DNA of 64,000 nucleotides from a virus. Of the stretch, positions 8,049 through 18,009 are shown piece after piece; positions within the stretch are counted from its first letter, which is position 1, and every line of letters starts with the position of its first letter. The DNA lies in IMG/VR virus record IMGVR_UViG_3300046657_000006, positions 8,866-72,865 of that record; one strand, 5' to 3'. The position numbers were made by a program, and so were the translations under genes. The notes under the pieces were generated by a model. It searched no databases and was not told the DNA's origin. It worked only from the letters and a program-made list of their open reading frames with translations.

Positions 8049-8464
8049 TCAGCGAAGAGCCGCTCCAAGTGTTGCCGAGCCTTGCCGTCTTAATCGGACT
8101 ACCGGAGGCAATGGTACTTCAGCAACTTCATTACTGGCTAAAGAAGTCCAAACACGAACACGACGGTCGGGCGTGGGTTTACAACACTCTTGGAGAGTGG
8201 CAATCGCAGTTCCCTTTTTGGTCAGAGTCCGTGCTTCAAAGAACAATGAAGAGCCTTTCAGATCAAGGACTGGTTAGGGTTCACAAGTTCAATAAAGAGA
8301 ATTGGGATCGCACCAATTGGTATACAATCGAGTACGAGGCTGTGGATAACCTTGTGGAAAAGTCTGTGGAAATCTCCGAAACGTGTGACCGAAAACGAAT
8401 CACGATAGCTACAAAAAGGCGTCTACGATCACGCGGATTTGCACTATCGAGGGTTCAGGAGTGA
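8030..8464 (+). CDS. phage replication initiator, N-terminal winged-helix type
   Basis: LLISEEPLQVLPSLA...LQQLHYWL...WVYNT..EW..QFPFWS...DRTNWYTI. Confidence 0.75.
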   Translation: MASKLLISEEPLQVLPSLAVLIGLPEAMVLQQLHYWLKKSKHEHDGRAWVYNTLGEWQSQFPFWSESVLQRTMKSLSDQGLVRVHKFNKENWDRTNWYTIEYEAVDNLVEKSVEISETCDRKRITIATKRRLRSRGFALSRVQE

Positions 8465-8520
8465 GCCTTCTCTTAAAGATCAGAGATTAACTATCAGAGA
8501 ATAACAGTCAGAGAGTTTCG
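8341..8520. other. putative replication origin: DnaA boxes and iteron-like repeats
   Basis: TGTGGATAA (8341), TGTGGAAAA (8353), TGTGGAAAT (8365) at 12-bp period; TCAGAGA x3 at 14-bp period around 8480-8515. Confidence 0.55.
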
Positions 8521-8763
8521 TTCTCAAACGACTTCATCTTGAAAAACAGATGAAGAGGTCAATCAAAAGCTCCTGAGATTAAAAACAGGGAGAGGACAAA
8601 ATCTGGTGACAAGGCAAAGATACTCTGATAAAATCCTTGGTCATGGACAAGTTCAGTAAATGCAAGCAGCATCCCGAGCGTGAAGCGGTTGTTGAAGGGG
8701 TGTGTCAAGAATGCTGGGACAGGGCGCTTTTGGTGGCGTGCAGTTAGGTCGAGGTTAAAAACC

Positions 8764-8994
8764 ATGACAATCTTACTTGCAGGAGTTCTCGGCGGAAGTG
8801 GTTTGCTTTCCATCTTAATCACTCTTGTGGTCGTCCTGATAATCTGCGGGTTGATTTTCTGGGCGGTCAACAAACTAAGCGCAGCTTTTGGAATCCCTGA
8901 GCCAATCAAGGCGGTGATCATAGTAATATTGGTGATTATCGTTGTATTGCTTTTGCTGGGACTTTTGACTGGTGCTGTACCGATGAGGCTGTGA
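8764..8994 (+). CDS. small two-TM membrane protein (Thivi_2564-like)
   Basis: LLSILITLVVVLIICGLIFWAVNKL...PEPIKAVIIVILVIIVVLLLL. Confidence 0.65.
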   Translation: MTILLAGVLGGSGLLSILITLVVVLIICGLIFWAVNKLSAAFGIPEPIKAVIIVILVIIVVLLLLGLLTGAVPMRL

Positions 8995-8995
8995 A

Positions 8996-9827
8996 ATGAA
9001 CGAAACCAACGAAAATACTTCTGAGATTGGCACTGGTTCAGTTTGGGGTAACGGAGAGTTATCTGCGGCTGGTCATTCAGGGTGGAACTTATACATCTGG
9101 ACAGACGGGGTGGTGGTAGTTGCTCGGTCGGTCAATCAGGCAAGAGAAATAGCCGCCCAACGGTTGACAGAATTCCCAGCCGCTTGCGCAATTGTTCAAA
9201 GCTCCGAACCCACGATCACGTCTGCCCCAGGTGTGCGGCTACTCTTCCGCACGGCTATGCGCGTATCTTGAAATGCTTTGCCGTCGCAGTTTATCTTTGG
9301 AGCGTTAACGGTGTATCAATTCATTCGAGAGTTGATTAACCGGAAAGCTCGCAAAGGTGAGTACGCGCACCTATTGGCTTTAGCGCAATCAATGGCGCAT
9401 ATGCGGGATGTTTGTGAGTTGACACTAAGTGGCAACGCTCTAAAATCAGAACCAGCAGCGCGACAGTTTACAAGGCAGATTCAGAGTGAATTGTTAACCT
9501 TACAAGCGCAGGTGAACGCGCTAATGGAAGCAGTCAAGCCAAAGAAAGACTAGCGTTTCTTCCATCGTGTTTTAGCGGCTTTCTTGGCGATTGCTTTACG
9601 TTGCTCCTGATCCTATCATGTCTGGATTTCAACCGTCGCAAGCGGAAACCATACTTCATACGGCTGTTAGTTGCCGAGAACCTCTGTATCACACCCGCTG
9701 GCTGATGGCACACAATCACTTCCACGAAATAGTGCATACGGAAGGCTCTAGTTCTCTTATGGCTGCTTGGAATGAATACCTAAAAGAACTAGAGACCGCC
9801 GAGGTTAAGGCCAAAACACCAGCCTAG
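8996..9827 (+). CDS. three small hypothetical ORFs (8996-9271, 9278-9553, ~9591-9827)
   Basis: Consecutive plus-strand ORFs; no family recognised. Confidence 0.45.
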
Positions 9828-9888
9828 AAAACATAGACATATACTGGCTTCGTCGAGCTTGTGTGACCGCCAGTACCGCCTTTCATTC

Positions 9889-10170
9889 CTAGTCGGATAA
9901 AGTATGGGTAACAAAGCCAACAGGCGTAATCAAACTACTACCCAACTTTGCATTGAGAAGCTGCAATATAGGATTCCATTTCTTGGGCGGTTTGACGTAG
10001 TTACTAAACCATTGCATGCCGTTCGTTATCCAGGCTCGGCGGAGTTCTGGCAGTGTTTGATGGTAAGTATCGTTCTCAAATTCAGTACCGCAACACGGGC
10101 AGATGTTAAAATCCTCCGGTGCGTCGGTCATTTGATCAAAAGCGCAAACTGGACAGGTGTAATAGTTCAT
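9889..10170 (-). CDS. Cys-rich CPCC-domain protein
   Basis: YTCPVC...FNICPCCGTEF.ND. Confidence 0.7.
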   Translation of the reverse strand: MNYYTCPVCAFDQMTDAPEDFNICPCCGTEFENDTYHQTLPELRRAWITNGMQWFSNYVKPPKKWNPILQLLNAKLGSSLITPVGFVTHTLSD

Positions 10171-10271
10171 TTCTTGTCGAACTCATCAATGACATACTTT
10201 CGCTTGTCGAGCGGTCGGAAGTATGTACGCAAGTAGTTATCCTTGTCCACTATTTCAAAATGAACCAGTGC
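10167..10271 (-). pseudogene. remnant of a polymorphic-toxin-like C-terminus
   Basis: Open frame ALVHFEIVDKDNYLRTYFRPLDKRKY..., coupled by ATGA to the CPCC gene and preceded by an in-frame stop. Confidence 0.4.
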
Positions 10272-10302
10272 CTATTTGACAGGTTAATGCTAAGATTCCA
10301 GC

Positions 10303-10962
10303 ATGAGCACTGCGCTAACAGGGATACCAAGTTCCCCTGTATTTCACCCAGCAACGAACTCTGGTCTAACTCTCAAGCAGCAGCTCTTCATCAAGCACTA
10401 CCTTGAACTCTCTCTAAATGGCGGCGACAAAAGAAGTTACGGCGTTGAAGCCGCAAAACTAGCAGGCTATTCAGGCAGTAACGGAACGCTCGCTGCCATT
10501 GCCTCAGAAAACTTAACCAAGCCTAACATCCGCGCAGAGATAACCAGACTCTTCAATCCTCTTGCCTCAGCAGAGGAAACCCTTGCAAGGCTTACAAAGT
10601 ACTCCAGAAGCTCAATTGCTGACGTTTTAGATGGCTCTGGCTCATTTGACCTTGATTATGCCAAGGCTAACCATGCTGACGATCTAATCAAAAAGCTCAA
10701 GATTAAGCGCAGAATCATCCCCGTAAAGGACGGAGAGCCTGAAACCGAGATAACCCACGAAATAGAGCTTTACGACGCGATGCAGGCCACGGAAACGCTA
10801 GCAAAACACCACGGATTGCTGGTCGATAGGTCTGAATCAATCAAAATCAACGTTGACCTAAAAGCTGAGGATTTAGCGAGTATTCTACAAGGTGCGCTGT
10901 CAGCAGGAGCAATTGATGTAAGTGGTACAGTTGTTATGCCAAAGACGAGTGAAATCGACTGA
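10303..10962 (+). CDS. terS: terminase small subunit
   Basis: LTLKQQLFIKHYL...AAKLAGYS...ASENLTKPNIRAEI; extended -10 TGCTAAGAT just upstream. Confidence 0.85.
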   Translation: MSTALTGIPSSPVFHPATNSGLTLKQQLFIKHYLELSLNGGDKRSYGVEAAKLAGYSGSNGTLAAIASENLTKPNIRAEITRLFNPLASAEETLARLTKYSRSSIADVLDGSGSFDLDYAKANHADDLIKKLKIKRRIIPVKDGEPETEITHEIELYDAMQATETLAKHHGLLVDRSESIKINVDLKAEDLASILQGALSAGAIDVSGTVVMPKTSEID

Positions 10963-11360
10963 ATATTTACAGGGATTTGATAATGTTCTGTAAGTTATAG
11001 CAAATAGCCTACGTTACGGCGAAGTAGGACGCACCGCGCTAATTCACCCCTTCTCTCACCCCTCTAACTAATAGATAAATAAGAACATAGCGCACCATGC
11101 GCCCGTGCTGGCTGACAGTTGGAGCAGACGTGCGTTCATGCGTCCATTGTACCACGCTTAAACAGTGAGATGTTAGGTGAACAGTGGGCAGCTAAGTCAT
11201 TGACTGGTAAGGGGTAGGGGGCGGGGGTTAACTTTTCAGGGCAGAATGTACAGGCGATGACGTAGGGGTTCGCGAGGCTAGGGGTTCTTTTCAGGGCGAG
11301 GCTATAGCGCGTGGGAGCGAGGTTCGTTTAGGGGGCGTTTTCAGGAGTTGTAAAATAGGT
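10963..11360. other. non-coding G-skewed region, candidate pac site or genome terminus
   Basis: G-tracts at 11211-11241 and repeated TAGGGG/TTTTCAGG motifs directly after terS. Confidence 0.4.
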
Positions 11361-11397
11361 ATTGCGTGTTACGGTAAGACGTGTTACCTTGCTTGGT

Positions 11398-11763
11398 ATG
11401 GAAGAACAAGAGATTGAGAAGGCGGTAATAGGGTCGGTACGGCTGGATTCTGACGTATGGGAGGCGGTGCGAGCGATGCCGGAGTCTTTGAACGTGTATT
11501 TACGGCGGGGACTGTTGGGGGGAGGGCTGGTATCGCGCAAAATTTCCAAGAAACAGGCTCAGGTAGACGCGTTGAGGGCGTCTGACCCGCTGGCGACAAT
11601 TATGGAGCGAGAGGACATAGAGCACGGGAACATGGATTTGCCTTCATCTGGGTCGATTGCGACTTTGGATGCTGTATCGCCTGTGGCGAACTCAAAGACC
11701 GGAAAGGCGTCAGTGCAGGTATATCAGAATCGGATGCGGCAGAAGGGGGATAAGACGCGATAG
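11398..11763 (+). CDS. hypothetical protein, possible N-terminal RHH
   Basis: SVRLDSDVWEAV...SLNVYLRR. Confidence 0.5.
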   Translation: MEEQEIEKAVIGSVRLDSDVWEAVRAMPESLNVYLRRGLLGGGLVSRKISKKQAQVDALRASDPLATIMEREDIEHGNMDLPSSGSIATLDAVSPVANSKTGKASVQVYQNRMRQKGDKTR

Positions 11764-12255
11764 ATGAGGGTGTCTAGCTTCAAACTGCGAAGACTTGTAT
11801 TTCAGCGCGATTCCGGCGTTTGCGCTAAGTGTTTTGCCGATTGCGAAAAGACCGCTCGTGTCTATGCGGGGATACGGGAGAGTGAAGCAAGATTTTTATA
11901 CGCCCAAATACTTCTCCTCACTCAGGAATCGCATCCGTTTTGGGAAGTTGACCACATTAAGGAGGTTGCCGATGGAGGTAGCAACGACTTGAGCAACCTT
12001 CAAACGCTTTGCATTGGCTGCCATTTCACTAAAACGCAGCTATGGAAGGCCAGTAAGCCCAAAGCGATTCGAATCAGACCTAGAAAGACCATAATTCCGA
12101 GGCGGTCAACGTCGTTTCGGCTACCAATGGACGTGGTTGCCACTTTAACTCGATGGGCAAGCGCGGCGGACATCTCGGTTAGCGCCGTTATTATAAATTG
12201 CGTTCGGCAAAGGGCGGGGAACACGACGCCGATGCGCGAGAAGGAGAAACGGTAG
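11764..12255 (+). CDS. HNH endonuclease with C-terminal RHH-like segment
   Basis: VFQRD.GVCAKC...WEVDHIKEVADGGSNDLSNLQTLCIGCH. Confidence 0.85.
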   Translation: MRVSSFKLRRLVFQRDSGVCAKCFADCEKTARVYAGIRESEARFLYAQILLLTQESHPFWEVDHIKEVADGGSNDLSNLQTLCIGCHFTKTQLWKASKPKAIRIRPRKTIIPRRSTSFRLPMDVVATLTRWASAADISVSAVIINCVRQRAGNTTPMREKEKR

Positions 12256-12284
12256 TCGTTATTGAAGCCAAAGGACAGGAAGAG

Positions 12285-12848
12285 ATGAGGGTTCGAACAC
12301 TTACGGCAATGAACTTGGCGACCGTTATCATGGCAGGCGTTCTGTTTGCAACGGTGTCCTTTTGGTGGCGATGGCTGTGGCTGGTGGTAGCAGTTTTCAG
12401 TTGCGTTTCTATTGTTCTAAGAGTGAAAGAAACCAATGACTAAATTATCAAAGAAGGCACAACGGGCAAGGGGAAACTCGGTGACGGAAACGATTTCGAT
12501 TCACCCTCCGCAGCCTGTAACGGTAACTCTTCCTAATGGCGAGCAAGAGGTTTTGAATGTCGGGGATTCCATTGTAGAGAATTTGGACGGGACGCATGAA
12601 GTTCTACGGGGTGGAGATAAGGACTGAGGGAGCGTGCTATGAGCGAAGAAAGTTACGTTAAGAACAGTTTTATTGTAGGGCGCGACGGTGATCCCTATGT
12701 ATTTAAGGAACGAATTTCTGAAGGGATTGTTCTCGCTCGCCTTGATCGGTACGCGGTCGTTCCCTTAGAGCGGTATTTTGACTTGAGCGTGCAGGATAAC
12801 GTCCGTCAATTATTGGCCGAGGATGCAGTGAAGTCAAAAGCCGACTGA
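12285..12848 (+). CDS. three small ORFs (membrane peptide ~12285-12443, 12436-12627, 12639-12848)
   Basis: Coupled plus-strand ORFs; the first has two hydrophobic segments. Confidence 0.5.
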
Positions 12849-12877
12849 TTCTGTACTAGCCTAAGAGGGGGAGAAAA

Positions 12878-13242
12878 ATGGGCGAAATCATTGAAGAAGT
12901 CGGTGGCGAGTACGGCGCGACTGTTCGCTATAAAGTTCACGAAAACGGAGCTTCGGTAATGTTTTTCGCGGCTGAGATTATTGGCCGCACCGTCCCCTCA
13001 AATGCGCCCAACTATAGTCAGGATGAGAACTGCGAGTTGCTTGAGAAGGCTGAACGGTACGTTGACGGATGGGTCAAGTGGGACGGATGTTCCCACGTTT
13101 CTTTGGCGACGAGGACGCCCAACTTCATATTTGCGGAAAGTCCGAGTTCGACAAGTTGGCGACTGTTCTGGCTGCGATTTACGCTCGCTGTGGCGAATTG
13201 ATGCGCGAAGCCGGAACAGAACTACTCAAGGGCGAATTCTGA
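12878..13242 (+). pseudogene. conserved phage protein with a 1-nt frameshift near 13098
   Basis: WVKWDGCSHV continues as FFGDEDAQLHICGK...GEF* only in the -1 frame. Confidence 0.55.
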
Positions 13243-13593
13243 TTTCAAAGACCTAAATTCATTTTACCAAATGGAGCGTGGAAATGAACAAGATTTTCTG
13301 CGGTATCGGCACGACTATTTCGATCATCGCGATTGAAGCACACGCGTGGCCGTTGCTAGGGGCGGCTGCGGGATTCCTCGTGGCCGCGATTTGCGTCACC
13401 ATTGAAGGGATAAATCCGACAAAGGAAGACCTGAAATGAACCAAGAATTTAGTTGGTCTGAAGTGAAGTTTCGTAGAGTACCTTTGTGGAGAAGGATGTT
13501 ACGGTGGCTGCGGAATGTGGGGTAACGAGGACAAGACCTCGCTGCCGTAACGTCAGGGTTGTACGCCGCGAAGCGCGGCAGAAGGTGAGTTGA

Positions 13594-14217
13594 GTGATGA
13601 CGAGCGATGAAATGGAGCGGTTCAACCTTGGGTTGCCGCCGCTGTTTCCGACTCTACGCGAACGGTTGCGTGAGCGTTACGGGCGCGAGCTTGATGCATG
13701 GCTTGAGCGCGGCCAATCGCCAGCAATTATAGTGCGCGAAACAACTGAACCGCACTACGCGCCATTTATCGACGATGACGATATTCAAGAGTCTGCGTCT
13801 GAACTTTATTACCTTGACCTTGAAGGCTACGACGGGTTTCACCCCGCCAAGCCGCTATCACCTGAAGATGTGGAGGGTATTCGGCAGCAGGTGAAGGCGG
13901 CTGTTGCCCAACAGATGCAGACCAGCGGATTGAAGGCGTTAATTCAAGAAGTCGTGAGCGGGTATTATGACGACCGCGTTGACGATAAGGAGCAGGCCGC
14001 GTTCTTTATTTGGGCAGCAATGATCGAGGACGGACAGTCACAGCCAGTGGCCGATCTTTGGATACTTGAGCAATCGCCAGATTTCCATGACTACATGTTT
14101 CTACTTGAAGAAGGGGCGAGCTTTAATCAGGCGTGGCGGCTGTGCGTTGAACTGTTGCCACCAGAAGTTGCGGCAGTTTTAGAGCTTGAGTGGTTAGACT
14201 TAGAAGAAGCGGCGTAA
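13594..14217 (+). CDS. acidic hypothetical protein
   Basis: 207-aa ORF. Confidence 0.6.
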   Translation: MMTSDEMERFNLGLPPLFPTLRERLRERYGRELDAWLERGQSPAIIVRETTEPHYAPFIDDDDIQESASELYYLDLEGYDGFHPAKPLSPEDVEGIRQQVKAAVAQQMQTSGLKALIQEVVSGYYDDRVDDKEQAAFFIWAAMIEDGQSQPVADLWILEQSPDFHDYMFLLEEGASFNQAWRLCVELLPPEVAAVLELEWLDLEEAA

Positions 14218-14465
14218 TCACTCAACGTGAAGTGGGTTTCCGTCTCAGCACGAGAAACGCCACGGTGCCTTTTCAGCCTTAACACCGGAGAACGGGATGA
14301 AACATACTTTATTTATCGGAACGATAATTAGCTTATGGATTATTATGAGGTTAGGGAGGGAAAGAAAGTGAACAAACGCCGCGACACTCACGATCATTCC
14401 TGCACGTTCTGCGTCCCTTGGTGGCGGCGAATGCTGACTAGATTTACTTACTGGTGGAGAAGTCT

Positions 14466-15405
14466 GTGATCGAATTAAACTCGACGTTCAACACGCTCAT
14501 TGTTGATTTGGAAGCAGTGTTTGACGTGCAGTTCTCCGATCACGATCAAGCCTTAAACTTGATCAAGACAGCCTTTTCAGAAGTAATGAATGAGGTCAGC
14601 CAAAGATGTAAAGTCTGCGACTCAGAAAAGCTGCTCTGTGTAGATTGTGAAGGGAATGGCATTGCTGAATCCACAAGAGACTTATTGAAAGGATATATTG
14701 ATGAGCCGTGAATTTAATGACACGCTGGCAAAGCTGATTAACATGCCGGAAGCAGAGCGCGTGCTTCCTAGCGGAAAGCCACAGATGAGCTGTGAAAGAA
14801 CAGTTCAAGACGCCTTGGCGCTGGCAGAGATTACCAAAAAAGTTATTCAAGAAGGAGTCGAGCCGGACATAGAAACCGTCGATGAATACCTCGTACTACT
14901 AGCAGATGAAGTGAAGCGTCTCCGCGATAGAGAGGCGCGAACCAAGCCGATACTCCTGCGATACGATGAAATAGCCGAACCCTTCGCTGAGGTTGTCGGG
15001 TTAGGCGAGAACAGGGTTGAAGCTCTCGCCAACGGCATCCTTGATATGCGAGCGGAAATCAAACGTCTCCGAAAGGAATTGGCATGGATTAAAGACGGGC
15101 AACCACGAAGCGTTTGTCCGCACGTTCCGAGCCACGAAGACTGTGAGTATCCGCTAACTGTCGTTGATGAATTTCACGATCATTCGGACTCCCCTGAAAG
15201 TAAACTAGACGGAGCAAGTTAAATGACCTCAACGGAAATCCTGCTTGCCATTGCCGAACAAATCGAAGCGCATAAATGTTCAGACTGCACGGCACACAAT
15301 GAACACGAAGTATGCGAACTGCCAGATTTAGCTAGAATTCTAAGAGAAGTAGCAAGAAAAGCTGAAGCTGCTCAACCCTCTACCCTAACCAAAGAATGTC
15401 AATAA
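14466..15405 (+). CDS. three hypothetical ORFs (~14466-14711, ~14701-15222, 15223-15405)
   Basis: Coupled ORFs with CxxC and coiled-coil segments. Confidence 0.55.
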
Positions 15406-15575
15406 GGCAGAACGATTCCCTGCTCGAAAGGGATGATCCTGCTCTTGAGGTTGCTGCAGGCTTTCGATTCGGTAGAGCTTGGGTGTGGTTAGTAGGGTCT
15501 GCGTGTTAGGCAGTTCGAGCATATGGAGCAGGACGTAGCGTTTATTTGTAGGATCGACTACCTACCCGTTGCCTG
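15405..15575 (+). ncRNA. candidate structured RNA, possible pseudoknot
   Basis: Outer AGGCA.AACG/CGTTGCCT; TCCTGCTC/GAGCAGGA; loop TGCTCGAA complementary to TTCGAGCA. Confidence 0.4.
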
Positions 15576-15824
15576 CGTTTCCCACACTTGCACTCTGTCG
15601 GCCACGAACCTTTAATTTTCTGAGATTTACGAAGGTTAGATAAACTCATAACGTATTTCACCGTGCCGACCTCTAACGGATGTTACGTGAGTTGATAGAA
15701 TCGGAAGGACTTCATGGCTCGCGTAACAACAACGCGGCGATTATCGAGCATTTTGCGCTTTGAGGCAAGCACTTTTTGTGGTAGACTCTTTCCGGTTAGC
15801 CGACCATCCGTAACAACAACACTT

Positions 15825-15864
15825 TTCAACCTCGTGAAGAAATTTGCGAGGTTGAATTGTTTTT
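15825..15864 (+). terminator. intrinsic terminator-like hairpin
   Basis: TTCAACCTCG/CGAGGTTGAA followed by a T-rich tract. Confidence 0.55.
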
Positions 15865-15905
15865 AGGGCTTGACTTCCACCGCGATAAGCGTACAATGTC
15901 TTGTA

Positions 15906-16007
15906 ATGAAGGAATGTAAGAAGTGTGGGCATAGGTGGTACGCGAGAACGGCCAAAAGGCCGCGTCAATGTCCGAAGTGTTGGTCGGCAAAGTGGGACAA
16001 GAAATGA
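15906..16007 (+). CDS. 33-aa zinc-ribbon mini-protein
   Basis: MKECKKCGHRWYARTAKRPRQCPKCWSAKWDKK, right after TTGACT-N16-TACAAT; below track cutoff. Confidence 0.7.
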   Translation: MKECKKCGHRWYARTAKRPRQCPKCWSAKWDKK

Positions 16008-16237
16008 CTCAAATAATGCTGCGTCATGCCGAAGATGACTTTGCCGCACTTTTGATAGCGAACGCGATGGAGAACGTTGGAGCCGAGGTCTTCTCTGTTG
16101 TTTCAAACGGAACCTATAAACCGATAGGGTTCGGCTCTTCCGTGGAAAAGGTGCAGTTTATCGTTTGGGCAAAAGTTAAGGATGACGAACATATAGCCAG
16201 AGTTGACACGGCTATAGAGCTGGCTTTTGGGGAATAG
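16004..16237 (+). CDS. hypothetical protein
   Basis: ATGA-coupled to the zinc-ribbon gene. Confidence 0.55.
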   Translation: MTQIMLRHAEDDFAALLIANAMENVGAEVFSVVSNGTYKPIGFGSSVEKVQFIVWAKVKDDEHIARVDTAIELAFGE

Positions 16238-16406
16238 TTTTGCGTAAGCGGCGTTGAAGGAAACGCAGAAGCGACACGGCATTTTGACTGTAACTCATCG
16301 GGGGAAGTTTCGGCTTCGAGAGTTTTCCGAACAGTCTACGGTTCGACTCCGTAGGTCGCCGTGAAGTAAGTTCGGAAGTGGGTGTCAAGCCCCACCTTAC
16401 GCAGAA
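16238..16406 (+). ncRNA. tRNA-shaped ncRNA element 1
   Basis: Closing stem TGCGTAAG/CTTACGCA; D-like arm GCGT...ACGC; T-like arm GTGGG...CCCAC; long structured insert. Confidence 0.55.
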
Positions 16407-16407
16407 A

Positions 16408-16573
16408 GGGCTAATAGCGGCGTGGTAGTAGACACGCAACACAGTGGGAAGCTCGACTAATATCGAGGGAAGGCGGATTTAGTGTGGGAGCCACGGATCG
16501 GAAGATCGCATCCCGCCTCTGGAGGTCAACCAGCATCAAGGCCGCGTCGGAGTAACGAACGACCTATTAGCCT
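16408..16573 (+). ncRNA. tRNA-shaped ncRNA element 2
   Basis: Closing stem GGGCTAATAG/CTATTAGCCT; arm GCGTG...CACGC; arm GTCG...CGAC; same frame as element 1. Confidence 0.55.
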
Positions 16574-16589
16574 GAATTTGGTGAGTTTA

Positions 16590-17940
16590 ATGAGTAGCGA
16601 GAAAATCATTCAAAGTCTTGAGGCTCAACTAGGAGCAATAGCGCAAGAGAACAACGCATTGGTTGACGCTAACCGCGAGTTATCGTTGACAGCGACCGCG
16701 CTTCACGAGAGAAATCAATGTTTAGTTGAGGGTAATCGAGAGTACGCGGCAGAAATAGCGCGATTTGAAAGCCCTAACGGAGAAGGTAACTGTCGCTTTT
16801 GCGGGCAACAACGAGAAGTCTTACAAGGTTCTAGTCGGAAGTGTTATTGCATTCCGACCATTCGGCAGTATCAGCAAGAACTTCGAGAGGCTTTAGCAGA
16901 AGTTCAAAAGCGCGAAGAAGAACGCCGAACTGATTCTATCGCCATAGCTGAACTTGCCGACTACGCGGCGAACCTAGAGAGTGAAATCAATCAACTGAAA
17001 GGCAGGTAAAGTGCTTCCTATTATTGCGGCTATGTTTGGTGACTTGGGTGATATTGAGCATCCTGATAATCAAAACGCTGACTTCCGTGACGGTTACGCG
17101 GAGGGAATATGCAACGATTTATCTCTTGCTGACCGGAATAACGCGATTACTACAGAATGGCGCAAACGCGGCCAGCCTGATTCCGTGAATGCGTCTTTTG
17201 AGGTCTGGAAGCGCGGATATTGGGTAGGACGGATTGAGGTTGTTAGTGTAAAGCCTTCAATTCCACGAATTAAGAAATGTAATACCTGTGGGGAGCTGTG
17301 CACCGTCGAATTGCGGCAATGTCCTCGGTGTAAAAAGCCGCTCCCAAATTGGACATCGGCAGACGAAAGAAAATATCAAGACCCCCTAGAACATGGTTGC
17401 ACGAATTGTCGCGCCTGTGAATCTAGTCATTGCCGAATCTGCGACCCTTGCGGGAAGCCTGAACCGCGTCCGTACGGAATTTCGTCAAAGGAGCAAAATG
17501 GCTAATAAACCGAGACTGATTGAATGTCCATTAGAGTGCAAGGGACTACACTCCTCAGGTTGCGGCCCAAACTGCATCCGAACTCGCAACGAGAAAGCAT
17601 TCGACAGGTATCGTAAGCAGCTTCGCCATGAAGGTATTCAGTCTTTAGGTTTTGAGTGGTTGCGCGACAGGCGCGAAGAAGAACGTCAATTTCGCAAGCG
17701 ACTAGGATTCGACAAATGAGAATGGACGCTTACTACTATAGCTTTGAGCCTACGGGCGTTACGGAGATTGACCGCATTTTGTCTGCCGTAGCGTGCGCCG
17801 GAAAAACCTACCACCACACGGAAGCGTGGCAAGATGACTGCTACGCGCCCGAAGGTCACACGGGTAGCAATCCGATTCAGTGGATTCAGAATGCGGCCAA
17901 CGATGCGGCCAAGCGTTATGCAGAGGAGGCTTCGCAATGA
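16590..17940 (+). CDS. four hypothetical ORFs (16590-17009, 17011-17505, 17498-17719, 17716-17940)
   Basis: Coupled ORFs, several Cys-rich; the last has the phage motif AYYYSFEPTGV.EIDRILSAVA.AGK.YHHT. Confidence 0.6.
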
Positions 17941-18009
17941 GGCGAGTGCAAAGGATCGTGACATGCCCGATCACGCCTCGCGGGGCTGACTCTGCTCCAA
18001 CTCTTAACC

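Noticed and set aside
16238-16573. Canonical tRNA or tmRNA genes
   Set aside because: No standard anticodon arm, no CCA, no tmRNA ends or tag frame; kept only as tRNA-shaped candidates
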